Assembly (NCBI GenBank): GCA_040384705.1
Contig: JAZKIU010000001.1
Span: 542,053 to 606,052 of the forward strand
Length of the DNA: 64,000 bases
Direction of reading: 5' to 3'
Origin: Patescibacteria group bacterium
Lineage (GTDB): Bacteria > Patescibacteriota > Minisyncoccia > Phycocordibacterales > Phycocordibacteraceae
Shown: piece after piece, positions 16,472 through 25,887 of the stretch
How positions within the stretch are numbered: position 1 is the stretch's first letter
How the letters are laid out: each line of letters opens with the position of its first letter
Translations under genes and position numbers: made by a program
The notes under the pieces: model-generated
Seen by the model: the letters and a program-made list of their open reading frames with translations, nothing else
What the model was told of the DNA's origin: nothing
The model's database searches: none

Positions 16472-17068
16472 ATGGAGGAATTCAAGCTAGAGCCCGGAGA
16501 GCACGTCATCCGTTCGGTACGGAAGCACTGGTTCGTCTTCTTCGCGCAGCTGCTTCCCTTCGCGCTGCTCGCGCTCCTGCCGCTCCTCATCCCTGGCTTC
16601 CTGCGCGGCCTCGCCGCGAGCGCTCCTGCCGCTGAAGCGTCGTTCGCCGCGCTCTCGCTCGCGAACGAATGGGCACGCCTCCTCCTCGGCGCCTGGTGGC
16701 TCTTCCTCTGGATGTTCGCGTTCAATACCTTCACCCAGTACTACCTCAACCGCTGGGTCATCACCGGCACGCGCATCGTCTATATCTATCAGTACGGTTT
16801 CTTCAGCCGCGAGGTCTCGAGCTTCCTCCTCGTACGCGTGCAGGACGTGACGACGGAGACGCATGGATTGTTCGCGACATTGCTCGGGTACGGCAACCTG
16901 GTCGTGCAGACCGCAAGCGAGAATTCCCAGCATTTCCGCATGACCGGCATCCCGCACCCCTCTGAGCTCCGCGACATCATCATGAAGCAGGTAGCGGACC
17001 TGCATGACGACGGCAAAGCCAACGACAGCAATCATGCGGTCCGCGATGTGATAAACGGGATTCTCTGA
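16472..17068 (+). CDS. Bacterial PH-domain (bPH_2 / YdbT-like) membrane protein
   Basis: N-terminal two TM helices followed by a PH-like domain (RWVITGTRIVYIYQ...LLVRVQDV...NLVVQTAS). Confidence 0.7.
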   Translation: MEEFKLEPGEHVIRSVRKHWFVFFAQLLPFALLALLPLLIPGFLRGLAASAPAAEASFAALSLANEWARLLLGAWWLFLWMFAFNTFTQYYLNRWVITGTRIVYIYQYGFFSREVSSFLLVRVQDVTTETHGLFATLLGYGNLVVQTASENSQHFRMTGIPHPSELRDIIMKQVADLHDDGKANDSNHAVRDVINGIL

Positions 17069-17107
17069 CCCTTAGAGGCCGGTGCCCAATCTGATACACT
17101 CATACGC

Positions 17108-18382
17108 ATGAGCGAGAAGGAACCCCTCTCCACCGAAAGCTATAAGGGCGTACGTGATTTCTACCCCGAGGACTGGACCCGCCTCCAGACCGTCTTCGAT
17201 ACTGTCCGTAAGGTGCTCCGCTCGTACGGCTTCGAGGAGTACAACGCATCCCCACTCGAGCGTGCCGAGCTCTACGAGAGCAAGACATCCGAGGAGATAG
17301 TGAACGAGCAGACGTATACGTTCACGGACCGCGGGGACAGGAGGGTGACGCTGCGTCCTGAGATGACACCGACGCTCGCGCGCATGGTGGCGGCTAAGCG
17401 TCGCGAGCTGGTGTATCCCCTTCGCTGGTTCTCCATCGGTAATCGCTTCAGGTATGAACGCCCTCAGAAAGGCCGATTGCGTGAGTTCTTCCAAGTTGAC
17501 GTGGATATCGTCGGAATCAAGGAAGCGAGCGCCGAGGGCGAGGCGGTCGTCATGGTGTACGAGATACTCCGCGCGTTCGGGGCGAAGAACAGCGATTTCT
17601 CTATCCGCATCAACTCCCGCACGCTCGTGAACGCAGCGACATCCGCGCTCGGTCTCTCGGAAGAAGAATCCACGAGCTATCTCGCGCTTATCGACCGCAA
17701 GAACAAGATGGATGAAGGAGCGTTCGAAGAAGCGCGTGCCCCATACCGCAGGGACGGGCATGACCCACTTGAGCTCATCGAATCCCATGAGAATGAAGCG
17801 GTAGAAGCCGAATACCAGAAGCTTGCGAGCCTCATCGAAGCGTTCAAGGCACGCGGCATGGATAATGTCGTATTCGATCCCACCGTCGCTCGCGGGTTCC
17901 TCTATTACACAGGTCTCGTGTTCGAGATATTCGATACGGACCCAGAGAATCCAAGGGCACTTGGCGGCGGAGGTCGCTATGACGGTCTTGTCGCCATGTT
18001 CGGCGGTGATGCACTCCCTGCCGTCGGTTTCGCTATGGGTGACGTCACGCTCCTCGATTTCCTCACCACCCATGACCTTCTCCCTGCGGTATCGAGCGCT
18101 CCCGAGCTCTATATCGGTACGCCCGCTGAGTCCGATATCGCAGGCGCACAGGGTCTGGCTGACACCGTGCGTGCGGATGGGGTGAGGGTCATAACGAACA
18201 TGACCGATAAGTCGCTCGGCGACCAGATACGCGAGGCGGCTAAGCGCGGAATCCCTTATTTCATCGCATATGGCGAGAGCGAAGCGGCTTCGGGAACCGT
18301 TCGCCTCAAGAACCTCGAGTCCGGTTTCGAGCAGGAGCTCGCTCCAGCAGCCGTCGCCGAGGCTATACGCTCCAATTCCTAG
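17108..18382 (+). CDS. hisS: Histidyl-tRNA synthetase
   Basis: Class II aaRS motifs; RVTLRPEMTP...RWFSIGNRFRYERPQKGRLREFFQ matches the HisRS signature. Confidence 0.9.
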   Translation: MSEKEPLSTESYKGVRDFYPEDWTRLQTVFDTVRKVLRSYGFEEYNASPLERAELYESKTSEEIVNEQTYTFTDRGDRRVTLRPEMTPTLARMVAAKRRELVYPLRWFSIGNRFRYERPQKGRLREFFQVDVDIVGIKEASAEGEAVVMVYEILRAFGAKNSDFSIRINSRTLVNAATSALGLSEEESTSYLALIDRKNKMDEGAFEEARAPYRRDGHDPLELIESHENEAVEAEYQKLASLIEAFKARGMDNVVFDPTVARGFLYYTGLVFEIFDTDPENPRALGGGGRYDGLVAMFGGDALPAVGFAMGDVTLLDFLTTHDLLPAVSSAPELYIGTPAESDIAGAQGLADTVRADGVRVITNMTDKSLGDQIREAAKRGIPYFIAYGESEAASGTVRLKNLESGFEQELAPAAVAEAIRSNS

Positions 18383-18386
18383 TGCT

Positions 18387-18965
18387 ATGCGTGAAGTGAC
18401 TTTCGATATAGAGACGGCGAACGCGTTCCCTACCTTCTCCCGCAGCGACTATGCGGCACTCGAGCTTTCCGTCGTGGGTGTCCACGACTCCGAGACGAAT
18501 GAATATACGGCATACACCAAGGAGGAGCTCCCGGCGCTGTGGCCCATCTTCGAGAAGGCCGATGTGCTCATCGGGTATAACTCCATCTCGTTCGACGTTC
18601 CTATCTTGAATAAATACTATCCGGGAGACCTTACCAAAATACGCTCCCTCGACCTCATGATGGAGGTGTATGAGGTGCTTGGAAGAAGGCTCCGGCTTCA
18701 GAACCTTGCCGAGGCGACGCTCAAGGTGGGTAAATCAGGCGACGGCCTCAAGGCGGTGGAGTGGTGGCAGCAAGGCCTCGTCGAGAAGGTGAAGGAATAC
18801 TGCATCCAGGACGTGCGCGTTACGCGCGGTCTCTACGACTACGCACTCGAGCATGGAAAGCTGAAGTATAAGGACCTGAAGGATGTTCGGGATATAAAAC
18901 TCGATACTTCTTCTTGGCGTACGGATGGGCCAGGGACAGCATTCACCCATACGCTTCCGTTGTAA
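18387..18965 (+). CDS. DEDDy-type 3'-5' exonuclease domain protein (RNase D / proofreading-exonuclease-like)
   Basis: Exo I FDIETANAF, Exo II IGYNSISFDVPIL, Exo III YCIQDVRVTRGLY. ATG 18387. Confidence 0.65.
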   Translation: MREVTFDIETANAFPTFSRSDYAALELSVVGVHDSETNEYTAYTKEELPALWPIFEKADVLIGYNSISFDVPILNKYYPGDLTKIRSLDLMMEVYEVLGRRLRLQNLAEATLKVGKSGDGLKAVEWWQQGLVEKVKEYCIQDVRVTRGLYDYALEHGKLKYKDLKDVRDIKLDTSSWRTDGPGTAFTHTLPL

Positions 18966-19011
18966 ATAAAATGGCGCCCCGGGGAAGGGGCGCCAGCGTG
19001 ACACGAAATAT

Positions 19012-19317
19012 TCAGTTGTTCCTGCTTGTCCGAAGCAACGTGAGCCCCATGGACACGTCCTTGTACGACGTTCTTAGTAGGCGGTACAGCCCCCGAACGA
19101 TTAGGAATCCTGCGAGCAAGAGCAGGCCCACGAAGAGAGCGAAGTTCGCTATCGCAACCCCGACCCGCATGAAGGCGAGCAACACCGTCGCATAGTTCCA
19201 TCCTTCAAGAGCGAGAAGAACGGCAGTGGCGAATTGCATCCATATCGCGAACCAAAGCATCATCGTAATCCGGTCGGATTGAGGATGCCGTTTCGTTACT
19301 GGGTGGTACGTACGCAT
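19012..19317 (-). CDS. Small membrane protein (hypothetical)
   Basis: C-terminal 101 codons of a longer listed ORF give a plausible 3-TM protein from ATG 19317. The upstream part overlaps the + strand gene and looks non-coding. Confidence 0.4.
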   Translation of the reverse strand: MRTYHPVTKRHPQSDRITMMLWFAIWMQFATAVLLALEGWNYATVLLAFMRVGVAIANFALFVGLLLLAGFLIVRGLYRLLRTSYKDVSMGLTLLRTSRNN

Positions 19318-19432
19318 GGCATCCTCCCGGAAGCGTTTGTCTGGGGAGAGGTTAACAATATTTTGCATATTTGTCAATGCCTTCCCTCCCTCTGCAGCGG
19401 GGAGGTTCTGAAGGGGATGGTAAGATTTGGAT

Positions 19433-20119
19433 ATGGAATCATCGTCGAGGAGCGTCTGGCTTATCCCCGGAGCCATCATAGTCGCGGGGCTCATCCTCGC
19501 CATCGCGATATTCGTCATCCGGACGACGAGCGCTAAGATCCCTGAATCAGCGAAGCCTGACGCCGTCCCGGCGGTTACGCCGACCGACCATATCATCGGG
19601 AACCCTGAGGCGCCCGTCGTTATCGTGGAGTACTCCGATATCGATTCGGACGACGGGAAGAACTTCCACGCCGCGCTGCAGCAGCTCATGACGGAATACG
19701 CAGCGGGAGGCCAGGTAGCCTGGGTGTACCGCCACCTCCCTCTTACGACCATGCATGCATACGCGCAGCGGCACGCGGAAGCGTCGGAGTGCGTCGCTTC
19801 CCTTTCGAGCCCCGAAGGGTTCTGGCGGTTCATCGACCAGGCGCATGCTATAGCATCGGGTTCCGCCGAGTTCAATCCGAAGAACTATCCAGTGGTACTC
19901 ACCTCGCTCGGTATACCGCAGGAAGGGTTCGACCAGTGCATGACGTCCGGGAAGTTCTCGAGCAAGGTCCGCAGCCAGGCGCACGACGCGCTCGGGGCCG
20001 GAGCCGAGGGGGCGCCGTTCACGGTGGTATTCATTGAGGGCCAGGAGCCGGTGGCGATAAACGGGGCGCTCCCGTATACGAGCTTGAAGGAGCTAGTTGA
20101 ACGTTCTATGGGCAGATAG
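19433..20119 (+). CDS. DsbA-like thioredoxin-fold protein with N-terminal TM anchor, active-site CxxC replaced (DSDD)
   Basis: Architecture and spacing like BdbD/DsbA (VVIVEYSDID..., later APFTVVFIEG). The position of CPxC reads DSDD. Confidence 0.55.
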   Translation: MESSSRSVWLIPGAIIVAGLILAIAIFVIRTTSAKIPESAKPDAVPAVTPTDHIIGNPEAPVVIVEYSDIDSDDGKNFHAALQQLMTEYAAGGQVAWVYRHLPLTTMHAYAQRHAEASECVASLSSPEGFWRFIDQAHAIASGSAEFNPKNYPVVLTSLGIPQEGFDQCMTSGKFSSKVRSQAHDALGAGAEGAPFTVVFIEGQEPVAINGALPYTSLKELVERSMGR

Positions 20120-20194
20120 TTGTTGGAAATGGCCGATTGACATACGAAGCGGGAGTGGGAAAATACTTATATATCAATATTCGATTCAAATACT

Positions 20195-20386
20195 ATGGGT
20201 GAAGGATTTTTCGGTTGGAGGAAGAAAGAGGGTGAGAAGCGTGAATTCGTCGACGCACAGACTAAAGAGCCGGCAGAGATGTTCGTTACGGATGATAAGG
20301 GGAACGTGATCGGCCATGCCGCAACCGAGGCGGAGGCAAAGCAAGTCGCCGCAGACGCGGGCGAGCATTTCCGAGAGGCAGCGTAG
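20195..20386 (+). CDS. Small hypothetical protein (63 aa)
   Basis: ORF with ATG; followed by a strong terminator. Confidence 0.35.
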   Translation: MGEGFFGWRKKEGEKREFVDAQTKEPAEMFVTDDKGNVIGHAATEAEAKQVAADAGEHFREAA

Positions 20387-20401
20387 TAGTTCGATTCATT
20401 G

Positions 20402-20439
20402 GCAAAGTCTCCCTGCGTACGCAGGGAGACTTTGCTTTA
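20402..20439. terminator. Bidirectional intrinsic terminator (16-bp stem GCAAAGTCTCCCTGCG/CGCAGGGAGACTTTGC)
   Basis: Perfect stem between convergent genes, flanked by T and A runs. Confidence 0.8.
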
Positions 20440-23247
20440 CCCGAAGAGCTGGAGAAGGTCGTCGTAGTCCGAAGGTTCTCCTGCGCGCCATATACCGGAC
20501 AATAGTTCGCCGATTACGGCATCGAGCGTGATTATTAGCTCCGCCCTCGTCTCAGCCGTAAGCGGTACGGGGAATTCGCGCACGAGCTCGGGACCGACCT
20601 GGACGATGCTGGCCGCCTTGAGGTCATGCTCATTCTCCTTGAGCAGGAGGTCATAGAACGCGAGCTGACGGGCGTGCTTCTCGTCCTTGATGTGGACGTC
20701 GGTGGAGGTCTTGAAGTCGACGATGCATTCCCCGGTCGGAGTATTGAATACCGCATCTACCTTTCCATACAGGAGTATCTCCTTCCCTTCTACCATCCGC
20801 TTCACGGAATACGCCTTCTCTATCGCAGTAGTCTCGCCGTCCTTATGCGCGCTTGCGAGATATGCCTTGAGCGAGAGCGTCGCGTGTTCGACCACGCGTT
20901 CGTAGGCGGCGTTGCGCGGGAGGAGCGAGTTCTTGAGGCAGCGGTTGAGCGCTCCGTACGCTTTGTCCTGGTCCTTCGTGGTGAGGTACTCGGCGATACC
21001 AGCATGCACCGCGATACCTATCGCAGTCGCGGGGGCCTCGGGCTCATGGAGCCTGAGGACACGGCGCGCGAAGAACGTAGGCGGGGATTCTAGGTATTCG
21101 TTCATTGCCGAAGGCGAGAGGCCTTCCTCGGTGAGGTAACGAAGCACGAGCTCGTTGACCACTGCCCGAGGCTTTATTTCAGCATGAAGAAGCGGAAGCG
21201 GGTCCGACGCAGGCGCTATCAGCTCAAGGCCCTCGGGTATGAGCGCCGAGGGCGGCGTGTCGCGGCCATCCCCGTTCTCCGATGCGTACGACAGGACGAG
21301 TTCGTCCTTGGCGCGCGTGATGGCGACATAGAAGAGTTTGGTAATATCCTCGATGCTCCTGGTCTGGTCTACGGGCGAAGGGATCTTGGCGGACATGCCT
21401 CCCTTCTCCCACTGGCGTGCGTTCATGCCGACCACGAAGACCTTCTCGAACTCCATGCCCTTGGCCTTATGCGCGGTGATCACCGTCACCTTCCCTTCCT
21501 CATGCGTCACCGAGGACTTCACGCTCTCGAGCCCATGCTCGTGCGCTTTCGTGAGCGCGCCTACCACGTCCGCAAACGAACGGTTCGGGTCGCGTCCGAC
21601 TATCTCCTCCATGTGCATGAATATGCGGCGCAGGAGCGCGACGTCATCGAGATGCTCCGCGTGCGAGAGCGCGTACGCGCGGGCGCCAGTGTCAGCGAGG
21701 AGCTTCGACATGAGCGGGAGCGGTGCGGCTGCGAGACTCTCCTTCTGCAGTTCCGTGAGCGTCTTGGCGATATCGGGATATACATTGGTGAGCGCAGCCC
21801 ATAGTTCTCGATCCCGGTTCTTAAGGAGGAGCTCGGCTCGCTCTTTCATAGGTATCGGGTACCAAGGAGCGAGGAGCGATTCCCGAAGCGCAGAAGTATC
21901 GAGTGGGTCGGCCACTGCGCGCATGAGCGCGAGAACGGAGCGCATGAAGGGGCGCGATGAGAGGAGGACATCGCCCGCACGGAGCACCGGGATGTTCCGG
22001 GCCGCAAGATGCTCCGCGAAGAGGTCAGCCGTCGAGTTACGGCTCGCGATGATAGCTATCTCATGGGGCTTCGTGCCACCTGCAATGGCGTCCTCGACCA
22101 GCTGCGCTACCTGGTCACGCTCGGCGAGCGGGTCCGGAGCGGCCAGGAGACGTATGGAAGCGAGTCCTTCTCTCGTCGCTACGAGCGGGTGGTGCTCGCC
22201 GGTCGCTGCAGGAACGGACGTGATGAGCGTATGGGAAGTGTCGAGGATACCGCTATACGAGCGGTAGCTGTCGGTGAGGTATATGGTCTCCGTTCGCGGG
22301 AAATGCTCGGTGAAGGTCTTGAAATGCGAGGAGTCGGCGCCTTGGAAGCGGTATATCGCCTGCTTTTCGTCTCCCACCACGAAGATGTTGGGGTGCTCGT
22401 CGTATGCGAGCGTGTCGAGGAGCGCGTGCTGGAGCGCGTTCGCGTCCTGGTGCTCGTCGGCCAATATATACTGGTATTGTTCCTGGATCGTTGCCTTGAG
22501 ATCCGCATCCTCGTTCAGCCCGTCCACCGCGATACGGAGCACGTCGGCGAAGTCGTACACGTCCCGCTCTTCCTTCTTCGCCTCGTACGCCTCTATGAGG
22601 CGCGCGGCTTCCCGTATCTTCTCGAGGCGCTCGAGCTTCTTCTCGCCTTCGGGCTTCAGCTGCCCCTTCTTCTCCCCTTTTACGTATAGGAGGGATTCAT
22701 CTCCTCGGATGCGAGCAGCTTCGGTGTCAGCCCATGCGCGGTATTCAGCGAGCGATATACGTTCGCGGAGCAGGTCGTCCCGTAGGTGCGCGAGGTCGCG
22801 CAGATAGAAATACGGGGACTTGGTGGTGCGGAGCGCGGAAAGCTCCTCGTTCTCGAGTACCTCCCGCCACAGGAGCGTGGACTCCACATCGCCCGCGAGC
22901 CGCTTGCCGCGCGCGTCCTTGAACGAGTCAGGGTACGTCGAGAGCAAATGCTCGGCGAAGCTATGGAAGGTCGAGATGAATACCTCTCGAGCGACCGCGT
23001 CCCCGACGAGCTCAGCCAAACGCTTTCGTACGGTCCTTGCCGCGGACTCGGTGAAGGTGAGCACGAGGATGTTAGTCGGGTTCGCTTGGGTCCTGTTCAG
23101 GATGTTCGCGATACGAAGCGTGAGGATGTGGGTCTTGCCGGTGCCGGGGCCCGCTATGACGAGGACCGGCCCCTCGACCGTATCGACCGCCTTCTTCTGA
23201 GCCGCATTCAGCTTCTTATATTGCTCTTCGAATAGTCCGGGGGCCAT
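20437..23247 (-). CDS. AddA/PcrA-like ATP-dependent helicase-nuclease (UvrD-family SF1 helicase with C-terminal PD-(D/E)XK RecB-type nuclease)
   Basis: Walker A AGPGTGKTH and helicase motifs. C-terminal GKVDAVF...ECIVDFKTS RecB nuclease motif. Start at ATG 23247 (MAPGLFEEQY). Confidence 0.85.
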   Translation of the reverse strand: MAPGLFEEQYKKLNAAQKKAVDTVEGPVLVIAGPGTGKTHILTLRIANILNRTQANPTNILVLTFTESAARTVRKRLAELVGDAVAREVFISTFHSFAEHLLSTYPDSFKDARGKRLAGDVESTLLWREVLENEELSALRTTKSPYFYLRDLAHLRDDLLRERISLAEYRAWADTEAARIRGDESLLYVKGEKKGQLKPEGEKKLERLEKIREAARLIEAYEAKKEERDVYDFADVLRIAVDGLNEDADLKATIQEQYQYILADEHQDANALQHALLDTLAYDEHPNIFVVGDEKQAIYRFQGADSSHFKTFTEHFPRTETIYLTDSYRSYSGILDTSHTLITSVPAATGEHHPLVATREGLASIRLLAAPDPLAERDQVAQLVEDAIAGGTKPHEIAIIASRNSTADLFAEHLAARNIPVLRAGDVLLSSRPFMRSVLALMRAVADPLDTSALRESLLAPWYPIPMKERAELLLKNRDRELWAALTNVYPDIAKTLTELQKESLAAAPLPLMSKLLADTGARAYALSHAEHLDDVALLRRIFMHMEEIVGRDPNRSFADVVGALTKAHEHGLESVKSSVTHEEGKVTVITAHKAKGMEFEKVFVVGMNARQWEKGGMSAKIPSPVDQTRSIEDITKLFYVAITRAKDELVLSYASENGDGRDTPPSALIPEGLELIAPASDPLPLLHAEIKPRAVVNELVLRYLTEEGLSPSAMNEYLESPPTFFARRVLRLHEPEAPATAIGIAVHAGIAEYLTTKDQDKAYGALNRCLKNSLLPRNAAYERVVEHATLSLKAYLASAHKDGETTAIEKAYSVKRMVEGKEILLYGKVDAVFNTPTGECIVDFKTSTDVHIKDEKHARQLAFYDLLLKENEHDLKAASIVQVGPELVREFPVPLTAETRAELIITLDAVIGELLSGIWRAGEPSDYDDLLQLFG

Positions 23248-23359
23248 TACCTGTATTCTACGTTGAATCCGTCCTGGCCAGTAGTTGGTTCGGAGGGGTG
23301 ACAAACCATAGGCGAGGTGTACTATCAGATTAGATGTGGCCTAATCAAGGAATACACTC

Positions 23360-23668
23360 ATGCGCCGAGCACCCCACGCTCCTAAAGCCCGTACACCCCT
23401 TCTCCGCCTGATAAAGGAGGGGGAGTATCTCATCATCACCGACCAGGCCGCTTCAAGGGCGGACATGCTCGACGATGCGCTGCTCGTCTACTCGGGCTTC
23501 CCTCAGCTTCTCGCCTACCTCGCGAGCGTTCCGGATCGGGAGCCGAAGCAGATACGGCCCGTGACCCGGATGGAGATCGTCGAGATATGGGGAGACGAAT
23601 GCCCGTTCGAGATCCGCGACTATCGTCCGGGCTCCTCGTTCGAGCGGCTTCCGCTCCATGAAGCGTAG
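23360..23668 (+). CDS. Hypothetical protein
   Basis: ORF only. Confidence 0.45.
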   Translation: MRRAPHAPKARTPLLRLIKEGEYLIITDQAASRADMLDDALLVYSGFPQLLAYLASVPDREPKQIRPVTRMEIVEIWGDECPFEIRDYRPGSSFERLPLHEA

Positions 23669-23824
23669 TACGCCAAAACAGATCGGCCGCCCCTAACAAG
23701 GCGGCCGATGTCTGTTATATCTCATCCTTCCTTCACCCTATCGGCATTACGATTATTCGAGCTTGGCCGCCTCGCATGACGACTAGCATGGTCGACTTAT
23801 CAGTGTGGTAAACGTATACAGCGT

Positions 23825-24025
23825 ATGTGGCAGCAATGGCTTACGGGACTCCTCGGCTTATGGCTCGTCCTCCTCGCCTTCCTCGGGTTCAGCGGTGATT
23901 CGCTCACGTGGTCGCTCATGATAACGGGCTTCCTGGTGACTGCGCTCGGCTTCTGGGGACTGGAAACGAGCGGACACACTGCGGACAGCGGAAGGGGTAG
24001 CTATAGCGATAGCGTATTCCAGTAA
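23825..24025 (+). CDS. Small membrane protein (2 TM)
   Basis: Hydrophobic 66-aa ORF. Confidence 0.45.
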   Translation: MWQQWLTGLLGLWLVLLAFLGFSGDSLTWSLMITGFLVTALGFWGLETSGHTADSGRGSYSDSVFQ

Positions 24026-24088
24026 TACATGGGAGTCAGCCCACGGATATCTCCCGCATGACCGACGCTTGTGGCGTCGGTCATGTCC

Positions 24089-24352
24089 TTATCGTTTATA
24101 TACCGACGCGAGCCACCACTTCTTTATGAACGGGAGGGATTGCGTCGAAAGCACGTATCCAAGGGCTGGCACTATTGCCGACAGGAGATAGTCTTGGGCG
24201 CCGATGACATAGAGGACGATAGCGGCGCAGATATAGGTTATGGCCGCGATGGTCCCTATGCGGAATCCGCTCGTCTCCCACGCCTTATCCGCCTCCACCC
24301 GGGCGTTGCGCTCGAGCATGCGCTCCACCGTTTCCCCGATGCGCTCTTCCAT
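24089..24352 (-). CDS. Small membrane protein
   Basis: 87-aa ORF with central TM region. Confidence 0.5.
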   Translation of the reverse strand: MEERIGETVERMLERNARVEADKAWETSGFRIGTIAAITYICAAIVLYVIGAQDYLLSAIVPALGYVLSTQSLPFIKKWWLASVYKR

Positions 24353-24374
24353 ATGCGTAAAGTATAGCTCGCCC

Positions 24375-24929
24375 CTAGAGGGAGTACCTGGTGCGAAGCT
24401 TACGGCGTAGTGCTAGGTGGTTGGGGACGGTGCGCGCTACCTCCGCCCAGAAGCTACTTGAATGATTGTGCTCCTTGGTGTGGCAGAGCTCGTGCACGAT
24501 GACGTAGTCTGCGAGCGCGCTCGGGAGGAATGCTATGCGGTAGTTGAAGGAGAGGTTCCCCGTGGCCGAGCAGCTTCCCCATCGTGTCTTCTGGTTCCGT
24601 ATCGATACAGTGCCATACGAGAAGCCATAGATTGCATTGAAGTGCCTCAGCCGCTCCGTAGCGAGCGTTCGTGCGGCAGCGATAGCCTCCTTATACGCTC
24701 GAGACCCCTTTCTGGGCTTCGAGAGCGGAATGGGAGGTGTGCCGCCCGTCTGCTTCAGGAACTTTGTTCGTGCCGACTCTATCCATACCTTGCGTGCCTG
24801 GATGAACTCCTCGACCTTCTTCTGGCTTATCCGTACCGGCTTCGTCACCACGACGCGGCTGTCCGGATGGACCGTTATGCGCAGGTGGCGTGCGCGCGAG
24901 GATTCGTGTATTTCATACTCGGTACCCAT
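24375..24929 (-). CDS. YgjP-like M48/SprT-type metallopeptidase (DUF45)
   Basis: HELCH zinc-binding motif near the C-terminus, RITVHPDSRVVV beta-strand N-terminus typical of DUF45. Confidence 0.8.
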   Translation of the reverse strand: MGTEYEIHESSRARHLRITVHPDSRVVVTKPVRISQKKVEEFIQARKVWIESARTKFLKQTGGTPPIPLSKPRKGSRAYKEAIAAARTLATERLRHFNAIYGFSYGTVSIRNQKTRWGSCSATGNLSFNYRIAFLPSALADYVIVHELCHTKEHNHSSSFWAEVARTVPNHLALRRKLRTRYSL

Positions 24930-25039
24930 TTCCCTTACTATACCGGGCGTAAAAGAAAGCCGCCCGCTCCGTGCGGAGGGGCGACCGGTAGTTGGGTTAG
25001 GCGGCTTCGAGGAGCGGCGAGCCGATGAATGGTCAAACG

Positions 25040-25341
25040 ACTGTAGTTCGAGGAAACTTGCAGACCACTGTTCCTAATGTGCTATAACGACTACAGCCCC
25101 CGGAAGCAACCATGAAGAGGTGCAAATGAAGCCATGGGGAGTGAGCGATACCGACCAGGTCCCTGCTCGAGAGAGCCAAGATCTTATGCGCGCATAGCGC
25201 TCTTAGTGACAGCAGAGGACGTTGCGGCCGGTGATCAAGCGCAGCGTTGGTCACCAGTAGGATGGCACACCGCGAAATCCTGTCGGGAATATACCGCTCG
25301 CTACACTTGAAAGGTCCGTGATTGTCACGGACCTATTTTTA
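25040..25341 (+). ncRNA. Candidate structured non-coding RNA of unknown family ending in a strong intrinsic terminator
   Basis: About 300 nt GC-rich region without a credible ORF. Multiple hairpins (ATGCGCGCAT, GGTGATCAAGC..GTTGGTCACC) and terminator GGTCCGTGA-ttg-TCACGGACC + TATTTTTA at 25312-25341. Confidence 0.3.
25312..25341 (+). terminator. Intrinsic terminator
   Basis: 9-bp perfect stem followed by TATTTTTA. Confidence 0.75.
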
Positions 25342-25552
25342 TCTGCGGCAAGATTAATCTTTTCATAAATACCCGTCTTCCCCGCATCATTTCCCATTCG
25401 GAAATGCTTATAGTAGGGTTGAGCTGAAGTTCGATCCTGAACCTTGAGAGGACGTCATGAGCTACGATCAGATCGCGACCGGCAGGGTTGCCTGCTTGTC
25501 GATTGACGGCTCCGCCGCTAGAAGCATCCGCTTCGTTGCAGTCACTGAATAA

Positions 25553-25777
25553 CTACCATTTGCTATCGTATTCATATCTAACTTCCTTATTGATAAATGA
25601 ACTGAGGCCCTGTCCACACCTTGCGAGCACCTTCATACTCTCGACATTTGATCTTCCAGTTCGCAAATAAGTGTACTTGTAGCACGAATCGTCACTGAAC
25701 TTCACAATGATGTAATCCTCACCGATCTTGTACTGCCGTATGTTTGATTGCCAAGATAAATTCTCGTATTGTTCCAT
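25553..25777 (-). CDS. KTSC-domain protein
   Basis: SNIRQYKIGEDYIIVKFSDDSCYKYTY...VESMKVLARCGQGLSSFINKEVRYEY matches the KTSC consensus. Lies in the AT-rich island. Confidence 0.55.
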   Translation of the reverse strand: MEQYENLSWQSNIRQYKIGEDYIIVKFSDDSCYKYTYLRTGRSNVESMKVLARCGQGLSSFINKEVRYEYDSKW

Positions 25778-25887
25778 ACGCTGTTGTTATTGATGTATGG
25801 GAACCTTATCAAGATGTGATTATGTAAATCTCAATTTTTTATAAAGAATTTATAAAAAATTGCCATCCACTTTTTACTATCCATAGT

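Noticed and set aside
19012-19875. 287-aa minus-strand ORF overlapping the DsbA-like gene
   Set aside because: Only the last about 100 codons look protein-like. The rest is Ser/Ala/Trp-rich antisense of a real gene
21184-22807. Several Ser/Arg-rich + strand ORFs (206, 309, 226, 177 aa) inside the helicase-nuclease gene
   Set aside because: Antisense shadow ORFs with low-complexity translations
25033-25254. 73-aa minus-strand ORF
   Set aside because: Lies inside the structured noncoding element. Translation is low-complexity with no RBS
24930-25345. tRNA, tmRNA or RNase P RNA assignment for the structured element
   Set aside because: No T-arm (GTTCRANYC), no tmRNA 5'-GGGG/3'-CCA acceptor pairing, and no RNase P P4 (AGGAAAGTCCGGGCTC) recognisable by eye. 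Left as unknown-family candidate
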